This document shows, piece after piece, positions 6,294-14,912 of a stretch of 64,000 nucleotides of DNA (position 1 is the first letter of the stretch; every line of letters starts with the position of its first letter). The DNA is from a virus. The notes beneath the pieces were generated by a model. The model saw nothing but the letters and a program-made list of their open reading frames with translations. It ran no database searches and was not told where the DNA came from. Position numbers and translations under genes: made by a program. The stretch covers positions 1 to 64,000 of IMG/VR virus record IMGVR_UViG_3300023174_003073; one strand, written 5' to 3'.

Positions 6294-7853
6294 ATGCAAA
6301 CAATTATTTTTTCAGATGTACTTGCTCCTGGTTATGGTAAAAGCGCAGGTGCATATAGAATTGCATCAGAGTTACGGTCAAACGGGTTTACATGTCAAGT
6401 AGTTGATTTTTTCGCACATCTTTCTATTAATCAAATTTATTCAATTATAGATACTTTAGCAACCAGCGATACATTGTGGGTAGGATTTTCTACTACGTTT
6501 TTCTTTACACTGGATGAAAGTATTGACGCACAAAATCAATCACCTGATGAAAGAAACGAAAAGATATTTTTTGATAAAGTACCGTATCCTATAGTTGATA
6601 TGAAAACTGGTTATCCGTTCAGTGCTTCTATTATGAAGGATATATTTCGTTATATTAGAAGTAAAAGTTCAACAATAAAAATTGTTATAGGCGGCGGTAG
6701 AAGTCAACAGGCAGCTTTTCATGATGGGTCTATACTTAACAAAGTATGGGGAGATTATTATGTACATGGTTTTGCCGATGAATCTGTTACTGTATTGACT
6801 AAGTGGTTAATAGATAAATCAAATCCAGAACCAAAATTTTCCGGATTTTATAACAATTTCATTGATTCAAACAAAGAATATGATTATCAAGAATTTAACA
6901 AATCAAGCCTTCATTTTCAAAAAAATGATGTAATTGGTTCTACTGAATTCATCCCGATTGAAATCGCTAGGGGATGTATTTTTAAATGTAAATTTTGTTG
7001 TTTTCCATTATTAGGAAAAAAACGCGGAGATTACACTAAGACAAAAGAAACTTTGCAAGAAGAATTCATACGAAACTATGAAAATTTTGGTACAACCAAT
7101 TACATGTTTATGGATGAGACCATAAACGATTCAATGGAAAAAGTAGAATTCTTGTATGATGTTATATCAACTTTGCCCTTTAAGATTAAGTGGGGAGGAT
7201 ATCAACGTTTAGACTTGTATTATACAAATTCGGAAATGCCTTCAATTATTCAGGAAATAGGATGTGAACAAATTATTTTTGGAGTTGAAACATTAAACAA
7301 GAAAACCGGTGAAGTTGTGGGTAAAGGAATGCATCCGGACAAAGTAAAAGAGTTACTTAAAAAATTAAAAAATCAATGGAAAGATAACATTCAACTTTCT
7401 TCCGGTTTTATTATTGGGTTACCTTATGAAACTAAAGAATCATTAAAGGATCTTGAAACATATCTTCTATCTGATGATTGTGGTTTAGATTCTTGGTCAT
7501 TGTATCCTTTTATGATAGTTGAAGGAATGGATACAATGATAAGTTCTAATCCATCACAGTATGGATATAAAATAATTGATACTGACTATGGAACAGAATG
7601 GGAAAACGATTACATGACCTTTACAGAGGCACATCAAATCACAACTGAAATCAGAAAAAATACCATGCATAAATGCAAAGTTAATGGATGGGTACAGATG
7701 AGATTACGAAATGTCGGATACACTAAGGACGAACTAAATCGTATGACAATCTTTGACTATCACAATAATATGAGTGAAATACATAGCCGACTAACATTAA
7801 AGAAAGAAAATTACTTTAACATTTTAATGGGAAACAAAGAGATTGACAATTAA
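6294..7853 (+). CDS. B12-binding-domain radical SAM protein
   Basis: IEIARGCIFKCKFC (CxxxCxxC), FMDETIND, FGVET, FIIGLPYET; N-terminal B12-binding-like region (VGFST, IVIGG). Confidence 0.9.
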   Translation: MQTIIFSDVLAPGYGKSAGAYRIASELRSNGFTCQVVDFFAHLSINQIYSIIDTLATSDTLWVGFSTTFFFTLDESIDAQNQSPDERNEKIFFDKVPYPIVDMKTGYPFSASIMKDIFRYIRSKSSTIKIVIGGGRSQQAAFHDGSILNKVWGDYYVHGFADESVTVLTKWLIDKSNPEPKFSGFYNNFIDSNKEYDYQEFNKSSLHFQKNDVIGSTEFIPIEIARGCIFKCKFCCFPLLGKKRGDYTKTKETLQEEFIRNYENFGTTNYMFMDETINDSMEKVEFLYDVISTLPFKIKWGGYQRLDLYYTNSEMPSIIQEIGCEQIIFGVETLNKKTGEVVGKGMHPDKVKELLKKLKNQWKDNIQLSSGFIIGLPYETKESLKDLETYLLSDDCGLDSWSLYPFMIVEGMDTMISSNPSQYGYKIIDTDYGTEWENDYMTFTEAHQITTEIRKNTMHKCKVNGWVQMRLRNVGYTKDELNRMTIFDYHNNMSEIHSRLTLKKENYFNILMGNKEIDN

Positions 7854-7883
7854 TGATACATAGTATATAATATACTTTGTTTT

Positions 7884-7968
7884 GCGAGTGTGACGGAATA
7901 GGTAGACGTAACAGACTTAAAATCTGTCGCTTTAGGGCGTCCCGGTTCGATTCCGGGCACTCGCACCA
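7884..7968 (+). tRNA. tRNA-Leu(TAA)
   Basis: Loop CTTAAAA, long variable arm, ACCA. Confidence 0.95.
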
Positions 7969-7973
7969 GATAT

Positions 7974-8002
7974 GCCCTGGTGGTGGAATTGGTAGACACG
8001 CT
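7974..8002 (+). pseudogene. Truncated tRNA-Leu (5' acceptor strand and D-arm only)
   Basis: GCCCTGGTGGTGGAATTGGTAGACACGCT matches a Leu tRNA 5' third and stops before the anticodon. Confidence 0.7.
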
Positions 8003-8030
8003 TTTTTGTGTGTCTAGCATAAATAGATAT

Positions 8031-8480
8031 ATGAAACACATTGAAGAATATATTACATTATCAAAGGCAGACCGACAGCAACATCTTAAATTAGATGAAG
8101 CCTGCATTGAAAGAGGAGCTGGCAGTTATTATTTCAAAGGATTGTTAGCACATTTATTAGATACAACAGTGCCAACAGGACATAAGATACACTTGTGTCA
8201 TGCTTGTCATAATGGTCAGTGCGGTAATCCTAATCATTTGTATTGGGGCACTGCTCAGGAAAATAGACAGGATCAAGTAACAAATGGTGGAAAAACTATT
8301 TGGGAAAGAACAGTAGAAAAACATGGTTTAGAAGAAGCCTACAAAATGCAAACTAAAGGCAACAAAAGTGCAGGTGGTAAAGCAAATAAAGGTAAACCTA
8401 AATCAGAAGAACATAAGAGAAAAATTGCCGCTAACCATAAAGGTGGGCGACAAAAGAAAGTTAATGCGGACGTGACGTAA
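8031..8480 (+). mobile_element. Free-standing HNH (His-Cys/Zn-binding loop) homing endonuclease with NUMOD3-like tail
   Basis: LCHACHNGQCGNPNHLYWGTAQEN motif; C-terminal KPKSEEHKRKIA; CATAAATA promoter motif upstream. Confidence 0.85.
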
Positions 8481-8550
8481 TTGGTAGCCGTACCAGTCTT
8501 AGAAGCTGGCGCCGAGAGGTGTGTGAGTTCGAGTCTCACCGTCCGCACCA
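8466..8550 (+). tRNA. tRNA-Leu(TAG)
   Basis: GCGGACG/CGTCCGC, loop CTTAGAA, variable arm, ACCA. Confidence 0.94.
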
Positions 8551-8560
8551 AAGTTTTAAT

Positions 8561-8636
8561 GGGGGATTAGCTCAGTTGGGAGAGCGGCTGGTTTGCAACC
8601 AGTAGGTCGCAGGTTCGATCCCTGTATCCTCCACCA
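8561..8636 (+). tRNA. tRNA-Ala(TGC)
   Basis: GGGGGAT/ATCCTCC with G3:U70, loop TTTGCAA. Confidence 0.95.
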
Positions 8637-8670
8637 AGAATCATAAATATAGTATGTCGAGGAACATGCT

Positions 8671-8853
8671 ATGCAATTGAAAGTTTATATCAACAACAAA
8701 CTATACAAAACTGTCACAGTACAAGGTGAAAGTTATGATCCAGGATTCATTTGGCCTGAATTGCAAGCCGATAGAGATTCTGGGTTACTTGTAGGATTTG
8801 ATTTAACCAAGGGAATCAACATTCGTTACGAAAAAGTAACAAACAAGAAGTAA
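8671..8853 (+). CDS. Hypothetical protein
   Basis: 60 aa, GAGG RBS, CATAAATA upstream. Confidence 0.65.
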   Translation: MQLKVYINNKLYKTVTVQGESYDPGFIWPELQADRDSGLLVGFDLTKGINIRYEKVTNKK

Positions 8854-8855
8854 CC

Positions 8856-8930
8856 GCTTGATTAGCACAGTGGAAGTGCGCTTGCTCGACATGCAAGAGG
8901 TCAAAAGTTCAAATCTTTTATCAAGCACCA
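8856..8930 (+). tRNA. tRNA-Val(GAC)
   Basis: GCTTGAT/ATCAAGC, loop TCGACAT (C33), ACCA. Confidence 0.88.
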
Positions 8931-8951
8931 ACTAATCACAAATAAATATGT

Positions 8952-9026
8952 CGCGGGGTGGAGAAGTAGTATCTCATTAGTCTCATAAGCTAAAGATCGG
9001 CGGTGCGATTCCGTCCCCTGCAACCA
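8952..9026 (+). tRNA. Initiator-like tRNA-Met(CAT)
   Basis: CGCGGGG 5' end with C1:A72 mismatch, loop CTCATAA. Confidence 0.88.
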
Positions 9027-9041
9027 ACAACAATCATTCAA

Positions 9042-9281
9042 ATGCTAGAATATTTTATAACCTTTTTTGCTGTATTTTTTACTGATATCTTTTATACTTA
9101 CTACTTGAAGGCAGTACAAGAAGAACAGGTAATGAAAGCCAGTTTATGGGCAGTGGTAGTATTCATAATTGCTTGTATAGCAGTTATAAATTACACTACT
9201 AACTATTGGTTACTTATTCCAGCAGGCATAGGTGCATTTTGTGGCACATATGTTGGGATGATTTTAAGAAAGAAAGAATAA
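9042..9281 (+). CDS. Small membrane protein (3 TM)
   Basis: Hydrophobic segments, GAFCGTYVG. Confidence 0.75.
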   Translation: MLEYFITFFAVFFTDIFYTYYLKAVQEEQVMKASLWAVVVFIIACIAVINYTTNYWLLIPAGIGAFCGTYVGMILRKKE

Positions 9282-9358
9282 CGGAGTGTAGCGCAGTCTG
9301 GTAGCGCACCTGGTTTGGGACCAGGGGGTCCAAGGTTCGAATCCTTGTACTCCGACCA
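9282..9358 (+). tRNA. tRNA-Pro(TGG)
   Basis: CGGAGTG start, loop TTTGGGA, ACCA. Confidence 0.95.
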
Positions 9359-9377
9359 ATTTTATAGAAAGAAACTA

Positions 9378-9650
9378 ATGCAAGTAAGAGCAAAACATAT
9401 TTTAGTAGAATCACTCAGTGATGCAATGGATCTATACATCAAAGTTAAAAACAATGGTGAAGATTTCAGCACACTAGCACAGACATACAGCAAGTGTCCA
9501 AGCGGTCGTAATGGCGGAGACTTAGGAACGTTTGATCGTGGGCAAATGGTTAAACCATTTGAAGATGCTACATTTGGTTTAGAAGTAGGTGGCTTAAGTC
9601 AACCTGTTCAAACTCAGTTTGGTTATCACTTGATTCAAAGGACTGCATAA
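9378..9650 (+). CDS. ppiC: Parvulin-type peptidyl-prolyl cis-trans isomerase
   Basis: RAKHILV...SKCPSGRNGGDLGTF..GQMVKPFE..VQTQFGYHLI. Confidence 0.93.
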   Translation: MQVRAKHILVESLSDAMDLYIKVKNNGEDFSTLAQTYSKCPSGRNGGDLGTFDRGQMVKPFEDATFGLEVGGLSQPVQTQFGYHLIQRTA

Positions 9651-9817
9651 TGACTTGTAGAGGATATGATCCAAAAGCTGTTAAGGTCTCTAAAACAGTA
9701 AAACGTGCGGCAGCATTGATTATGGATAGTCATCAACGTGGCGCTTTTATTCGTAGTTTTGCTAAAATCGAACAAGCTAACAGTCGTTCAGCAGGACGAG
9801 TTAAAGAAGAAAAGTAA
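9650..9817 (+). CDS. Small basic hypothetical protein (55 aa, not in the ORF track)
   Basis: MTCRGYDPKAVKVSKTVKR..., coupled to both neighbours by TAATG overlaps. Confidence 0.65.
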   Translation: MTCRGYDPKAVKVSKTVKRAAALIMDSHQRGAFIRSFAKIEQANSRSAGRVKEEK

Positions 9818-10425
9818 TGCCATATATCAAAGAAGTTTTTGATGTAACAACATTTGAACACGCTAAACACGTTGTTCTTACCAGTGACCCAGACAACCCA
9901 AACAAGTTTGAGAATGAAACAAACTTTTTGATTAATACAATTGCGGAACAAAATATTATACTGAAGGATTCAGTTGTATTAGATTTTGGTTGTGGTATGG
10001 GTCGTGTTAGTAAAAAACTGATTGAGAAATTTGATTGTAATGTCATTGGTGTTGATATAAGCAATACTATGCTTACATTTGCTAATATCTATGTGTCTAA
10101 GCCAAAGAAGTTCAAACCATTGAATTCATATAATATGGCAAATACTATAGATGTTGCTATCAGCACTTTTGTATTACAACATGTAGAGAATCCAAAGACT
10201 GAGATAGATATCATTTACAATAATCTTAAAGTAGGTGGTTATCTAATATTAGTGAATGAGAACAAGAGATATGTACCAAGTGACGTTGATAGTAATCGTT
10301 ATATAGTTTGGAACGATGATGGCTTTGATGTTTTTGGCGAATTAGATAGTAGACTTAACAGAATAAATAGTGTAAAATACATGTCAACAGACACAGACAT
10401 TATCTTTTATAGGAGAGAAGTATGA
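9817..10425 (+). CDS. Class I SAM-dependent methyltransferase
   Basis: VLDFGCGMGR, GVDIS..ML, FVLQHV, LKVGG. Confidence 0.9.
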   Translation: MPYIKEVFDVTTFEHAKHVVLTSDPDNPNKFENETNFLINTIAEQNIILKDSVVLDFGCGMGRVSKKLIEKFDCNVIGVDISNTMLTFANIYVSKPKKFKPLNSYNMANTIDVAISTFVLQHVENPKTEIDIIYNNLKVGGYLILVNENKRYVPSDVDSNRYIVWNDDGFDVFGELDSRLNRINSVKYMSTDTDIIFYRREV

Positions 10426-10610
10426 GTGGAAAAGGAAGTAAACCTCGCCCATTTAGCATATCTCAACAAGAGTACGATACTCGGTGGGATGCTATATTTC
10501 AGCGTGATATTAAAGAAGAAATGAAAGACGAGAAGGCTCCAGTGCTAGAAAACAATCAGAGTAAAGAATCTGATAAAGTTTCTAGTTCTGGCGGAACAAT
10601 TAATATATGA
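10422..10610 (+). CDS. Hypothetical phage protein
   Basis: MSGKGSKPRP...WDAIF, ATGA overlap. Confidence 0.7.
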   Translation: MSGKGSKPRPFSISQQEYDTRWDAIFQRDIKEEMKDEKAPVLENNQSKESDKVSSSGGTINI

Positions 10611-10616
10611 TAATAT

Positions 10617-10692
10617 GCATCCTTAGCTCAGTTGGTAGAGCGTCGCCTTTACACGGCGAATGTCGGCGGTTCGAGCCCGTCAGGATGTACCA
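10617..10692 (+). tRNA. tRNA-Val(TAC)
   Basis: Loop TTTACAC, TTCGAGC, ACCA. Confidence 0.95.
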
Positions 10693-10707
10693 GTTACTAA
10701 ATAGAAC

Positions 10708-11274
10708 ATGTTTACTAAATTAAATATCAATCATAATTTTTCCCTACAAAGTTCGAGAAAACTTAAATTTCAATTTGGAAAAGTGATTGATGATGCTTGG
10801 CGTGGAATTTCATACTACGAAGCAGATATAGAAATGGATACCAAGATAAAAAAATATATTCCTGAAAAATATAGAAATTACTTTGATGTTACTATGATGA
10901 TTATTTCAGGACCTTATATTCCACCGCATATCGATGATGGCACTTTGGTAACCATGAATTTTTATATGGAAACAAGTAATGCATGTACATATTTTCATCA
11001 AGTAAAAGACAATATTACACCTACTATTAAAACGCTGCCTTCACAAAAGACAACCGGTAAATTTTTTGCAATTGAAGATTTAGAAACTGTTAGTCAATTT
11101 ACAGCGAATCGTGGAGAAGTTTATTTACTAGATGTTAGTAAAATACATAGTGTGAGTGTAGAAAACTCACCAGACAGAGAAGCATATTGTTTACAAACCA
11201 ATGAGCTTACATACACACAGGTATTAGAAATTTTAGCTGAGAGAGAATTCTCTCAATCAGATAAGCGGGATTAA
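10708..11274 (+). CDS. Putative 2OG-Fe(II) oxygenase/cupin-fold protein
   Basis: PPHID (HxD)...LLDVSKIHSV. Confidence 0.65.
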   Translation: MFTKLNINHNFSLQSSRKLKFQFGKVIDDAWRGISYYEADIEMDTKIKKYIPEKYRNYFDVTMMIISGPYIPPHIDDGTLVTMNFYMETSNACTYFHQVKDNITPTIKTLPSQKTTGKFFAIEDLETVSQFTANRGEVYLLDVSKIHSVSVENSPDREAYCLQTNELTYTQVLEILAEREFSQSDKRD

Positions 11275-11339
11275 TTCAGTGGTAGAATGTTTCGTTGCCA
11301 ACGAAAATGTCATCGGTTCGAATCCGATATCCCGCTCCA
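11265..11339 (+). tRNA. tRNA-Gly(GCC)
   Basis: GCGGGAT/ATCCCGC, loop TTGCCAA, TCCA. Confidence 0.94.
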
Positions 11340-11356
11340 AATAACCTAAGGATGAT

Positions 11357-11569
11357 ATGCCAAGACAAACAAGTGAAGCCGCAGTAAACGCTGTAGGTAA
11401 TAGATACGATTTAATTCTTATAGCAAGTCAACGTGTTAGAGAATTAACGGCAGGTCATCGCCCTAAATTAACAACAGCTAATGGTCATTCAGTTACCGCA
11501 TTGCGTGAGATTGAAGAAGGACTAATCAACCGTGAATATCTAAAACGAATCAAAAAGGTTGAGCGTTGA
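11357..11569 (+). CDS. rpoZ: RNA polymerase omega subunit
   Basis: VGNRYDLILIASQRVREL...VTALREIEEGLI. Confidence 0.92.
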   Translation: MPRQTSEAAVNAVGNRYDLILIASQRVRELTAGHRPKLTTANGHSVTALREIEEGLINREYLKRIKKVER

Positions 11570-12075
11570 ATCTACAGCCAGACTATACACTAGACAAATA
11601 TCTTAGCCAAGAAGAAGTTGAGATGTTTCATAAGAGTGGTGAGCATTATGATTTGTTAAGCACCTTTTCTAAGCAATTCAATAAAGTTAAAATTTACGAT
11701 ATTGGAACTTATAAAGGTCTTAGTGCCATTGCACTGTCAAGTAATCAAAGTAATTTAGTTGTTAGTTATGATATAGGTTACTATGTAACAGTTAAACAAC
11801 CCTACAATGTAGAGTTTCGTATAGGTAGTTTTTACCATGATAGAGAAATGTTAAGTAGTCCATTAATCATGTTTGACATTGATCCACATGATGGAATACA
11901 AGAAAAGAAGTTTGTAGAGAATTTAACTAATGTGGGTTACAAAGGTACTGTTATCTTTGATGACATACATTTGAATGATGGAATGAAAGACTTCTGGAAT
12001 TCTATCACACAAGAGAAACATGACTATACCCAGCACGGGCATTGGTCTGGTACCGGCATAGTTATATTCAAATAA
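11566..12075 (+). CDS. Methyltransferase-like protein (Methyltransf_24-like)
   Basis: DIGTYKGLSA, FDIDPH, VIFDDIH, GTGI. Confidence 0.75.
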   Translation: MNLQPDYTLDKYLSQEEVEMFHKSGEHYDLLSTFSKQFNKVKIYDIGTYKGLSAIALSSNQSNLVVSYDIGYYVTVKQPYNVEFRIGSFYHDREMLSSPLIMFDIDPHDGIQEKKFVENLTNVGYKGTVIFDDIHLNDGMKDFWNSITQEKHDYTQHGHWSGTGIVIFK

Positions 12076-12165
12076 GGAAGTGTGTCCGAGCGGTTTAAGG
12101 AACTGGTCTTGAAAACCAGCGATGTTTTACGATATCCGTGAGTTCGAATCTCACCGCTTCCGCCA
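12076..12165 (+). tRNA. tRNA-Ser(TGA)
   Basis: GGAAGTG/CGCTTCC, loop CTTGAAA, long variable arm, GCCA. Confidence 0.95.
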
Positions 12166-12181
12166 AGAATGAAAGTTAATA

Positions 12182-13105
12182 ATGGAACGATTTGAAAATT
12201 GGATGAGTTATAGTTATGATGGTGTTGAGTATGGAAAGAAAACATCTTATAAATCTCAATTTAAATTATTAATTAATAAAAAAATAGCCACTCCTATTCC
12301 ATCTTATAAAGATGCGTTGTTTAATAATGCAAAATTAATGCGTGATATGTATGATGAACCATTTGACGTTTGTCTTAGTGGTGGAATTGATAGTGAAGTA
12401 ATAGTCAGAACATTTAAGACTTTAGGTATAAATTTCAATACCTTTATATTTAGGTTAGAAGATAACCTAAATATAAAAGATGTAACAGATGCTATTGATA
12501 TTTGTACAGAATTAAAATTAGATTATAAAATTATTGATTTTAACTTAAGGTCGTTTTTTGAAAATGATGCGTTAGCTATGTTCAATCAACACCCGTATGC
12601 TGTAGTAGAAAGATTACCCAGACTTAAGTGGATAGACTATCTCGACAATATACCCGTATTTGGTGATGGTGAACCTTATTGGAGGAGACAGAAAGAAAAT
12701 GATTTCTCTACAAAGTCTGAATGGAAATTTGTATTTGCTGAGGAGTCGCAATATGCAAATTCTTTTTATGCGAGAGATATAGGCAGAAAAGTTATTTCTG
12801 AGTGGTATGAATATACTCCGGAAATTATAATGTCATACTACAATGAACCAGTAATTAAACAATTATTGAATGATGAGATACCTGGTAAAATAAGTTGTTA
12901 CAGCTCCAGAGCAGAACTACATCGTACTATCTGGTCTGAAATTAAATATAAACAAAAATTAGTAGGGTATGAGGGATCACTAGCACCATCTACTGATGCT
13001 ATGCCTGAATATATGACAAAATTTCATAACACATATATAAAACGATATGAATACTCTAAAATTTGGTATTCTATTAAAGAATTAGAAAATTTGTTACTTG
13101 ATTAA
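12182..13105 (+). CDS. PP-loop (adenine nucleotide alpha-hydrolase-like) protein
   Basis: VCLSGGIDSE motif. Confidence 0.75.
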   Translation: MERFENWMSYSYDGVEYGKKTSYKSQFKLLINKKIATPIPSYKDALFNNAKLMRDMYDEPFDVCLSGGIDSEVIVRTFKTLGINFNTFIFRLEDNLNIKDVTDAIDICTELKLDYKIIDFNLRSFFENDALAMFNQHPYAVVERLPRLKWIDYLDNIPVFGDGEPYWRRQKENDFSTKSEWKFVFAEESQYANSFYARDIGRKVISEWYEYTPEIIMSYYNEPVIKQLLNDEIPGKISCYSSRAELHRTIWSEIKYKQKLVGYEGSLAPSTDAMPEYMTKFHNTYIKRYEYSKIWYSIKELENLLLD

Positions 13106-13930
13106 ATTTTCTTTAATCCATTTACCCCAATGAACACAGTGATCCTCATATTGATTCATTGCTTTCATTAATGGAAAGTAGTTACCCTTTTGTAATTCAG
13201 CAGTAGCAACATCCTCTTTAAATACAATATCTAATGTTTCAAAAATCATACGTCGGTTAATATCAGTTTCCTCTGTATAGTAAAATTGTGTTATCCAATT
13301 AAAACCATATTCAGTTTCTTTGTTATGCGGTATGATATTGTTTACCATTACACAACCGGGGTTGCCGTATTCAACAAAGGTATAAGGATATACATATAGC
13401 CACCATCCATCGGGGTGTGTTTGTAAAATCCAACCATCACCTTGATCCATAACAATATCATCTAGTTTTACTTGTTTGGATAATAATGGATGTATTCCAT
13501 TCATGTGTAGATGTAATAGGTCAGCTTCAGCATCCATTAACCATAGCCAACTACCTTTACTGGATCCTTCTAACGAATGACTGTATTGCAGTGAAGTTTC
13601 TTTCGACAAATCATCTACCCATTTGTGATCGGGTTCTGTAAAGTCTTTGAATACTAAACCAGATTTACCTATTGAGGCTTGACCACAGTTCAACTTTTTA
13701 TTGTTGTTAAGTGGTACCCCATCCTTATCCCATTCAAATGCATGAAACTTGCAGTATATATTTTGTACATGTGTTCCGGGATCCGCTAATGGATACATAC
13801 GATGAGGACAAAATCTATGAAACAAGTTTACATCATTTGTTGACTTGTTAAGAATATAATCAGGAACTACAAAGTTTCCAGAATTAAGAGCACTACTGTG
13901 TGCAAGAATTTTAGGTTGTTTTTTGAACAT
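13094..13930 (-). CDS. Rieske [2Fe-2S] non-heme iron oxygenase-like protein
   Basis: CPHR...CKFHAFEWD Rieske motif; D..HL...H and ED mononuclear iron-like residues. Confidence 0.85.
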   Translation of the reverse strand: MFKKQPKILAHSSALNSGNFVVPDYILNKSTNDVNLFHRFCPHRMYPLADPGTHVQNIYCKFHAFEWDKDGVPLNNNKKLNCGQASIGKSGLVFKDFTEPDHKWVDDLSKETSLQYSHSLEGSSKGSWLWLMDAEADLLHLHMNGIHPLLSKQVKLDDIVMDQGDGWILQTHPDGWWLYVYPYTFVEYGNPGCVMVNNIIPHNKETEYGFNWITQFYYTEETDINRRMIFETLDIVFKEDVATAELQKGNYFPLMKAMNQYEDHCVHWGKWIKENLIK

Positions 13931-13980
13931 GCAGTATTTAAGTTAATGTATATAAGATTAAATTTTTTACCCAAAACACA

Positions 13981-14009
13981 TTGACGTTAATCACTTAATC
14001 ATATACAAT
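13981..14009 (+). promoter_or_regulatory. sigma70-type promoter for the ncRNA-rubrerythrin-DUF2828 unit
   Basis: TTGACG-17-TACAAT. Confidence 0.7.
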
Positions 14010-14033
14010 ACGTGTATTGATTAAATCAATTTT

Positions 14034-14197
14034 AGGATCGGCACAGCAACAAACTCATTAACTATGGACTGTTAGACACTGTGGTAGTAACTGGAGCAGA
14101 GTGCGTAAAAACACCGAGCGTTGAAGGGTGCTATTGAAGCAAGACTAACGAACCAGGTGTGATGGCCCTGGCTAAACAAGCAGTCAACAACGATCCT
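14034..14197 (+). ncRNA. CAGCAAC-motif structured RNA, copy 1 (candidate Y-like RNA)
   Basis: AGGATCG/CGATCCT closing stem, 3 nt, CAGCAAC; inner GACTGTT/AGCAGTC and CCAGG/CCTGG. Confidence 0.6.
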
Positions 14198-14220
14198 GTT
14201 AACTTAATAAAGGAAAAAAT

Positions 14221-14688
14221 ATGCCATTTGAGAAAGTATCACCAACACTAAAGAATCTCGAAAGCGCACTTGCCGGTGAGTCAATGGCTCATATCAAGTA
14301 TCGTTATTTTGCAAAGATTGCACGTGAAGAAGGTTTTGAAGAAGTTGCACGACATTTTGAACACACCGCTGTTCAAGAAATTCTTCATGCTTGGGGTCAC
14401 CTAGAATTGTTGATTGGTAAGCCAACAACTAAAGAATGCTTGATGAAAGCAATCGAAGGTGAAACCTATGAATTCACTACAATGTATCCTGGATTTGAAG
14501 CGGACGCAAAAGCCGAAGATAACCAAATTGCATTGAATGAATTCAGAAACCAAATTGTTGAAAGCGCCGATCATGCTGAACAGTTTAAGGCTGTGTTAGC
14601 AAAAGCAGAGAAACGATTTGCGGCATTGGCTAAAGTTGAAAAACGACACGCTGATGCATATACACAAGTTTTGGAGAGTTTAGAATGA
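14221..14688 (+). CDS. Rubrerythrin
   Basis: NLESALAGES..Y..FAKIAREEG...E..HA..H, AIEGETYE..MYP..E..HA. Confidence 0.92.
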   Translation: MPFEKVSPTLKNLESALAGESMAHIKYRYFAKIAREEGFEEVARHFEHTAVQEILHAWGHLELLIGKPTTKECLMKAIEGETYEFTTMYPGFEADAKAEDNQIALNEFRNQIVESADHAEQFKAVLAKAEKRFAALAKVEKRHADAYTQVLESLE

Positions 14689-14819
14689 GTGAACAACATG
14701 TATGTATCGTATGTGGACACATCCACGATGAAGAACTAGAAGGTAAATGGGAAGAACTTCCAGATACTTATATCTGCCCCGAATGCGGTGTAGGTAAAGA
14801 AGATTTTGAGATAATTTAA
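14685..14819 (+). CDS. Rubredoxin (44 aa, not in the ORF track)
   Basis: MSEQHVCIVCGHIHDEELEGKWEELPDTYICPECGVGKEDFEII, with CxxCG and CPxCG. Confidence 0.9.
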   Translation: MSEQHVCIVCGHIHDEELEGKWEELPDTYICPECGVGKEDFEII

Positions 14820-14827
14820 TATTTTTT

Positions 14828-14882
14828 AGGATGCATTCAGCAACTTTTAATTTCAACCATAAATGAAACCAAAGCGCATCCT
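14828..14882 (+). ncRNA. CAGCAAC-motif structured RNA, copy 2 (candidate Y-like RNA or leader)
   Basis: AGGATGC/GCATCCT closing stem, 3 nt, CAGCAAC; inner TTTCA/TGAAA. Confidence 0.6.
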
Positions 14883-14912
14883 GTTGCATAACACACACGG
14901 AAGGAGTACAAT

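Noticed and set aside
7974-8550. Group I intron splitting a tRNA-Leu around the HNH ORF
   Set aside because: No matching 3' exon or intron core is visible, and the downstream tRNA-Leu(TAG) is complete with its own acceptor stem.
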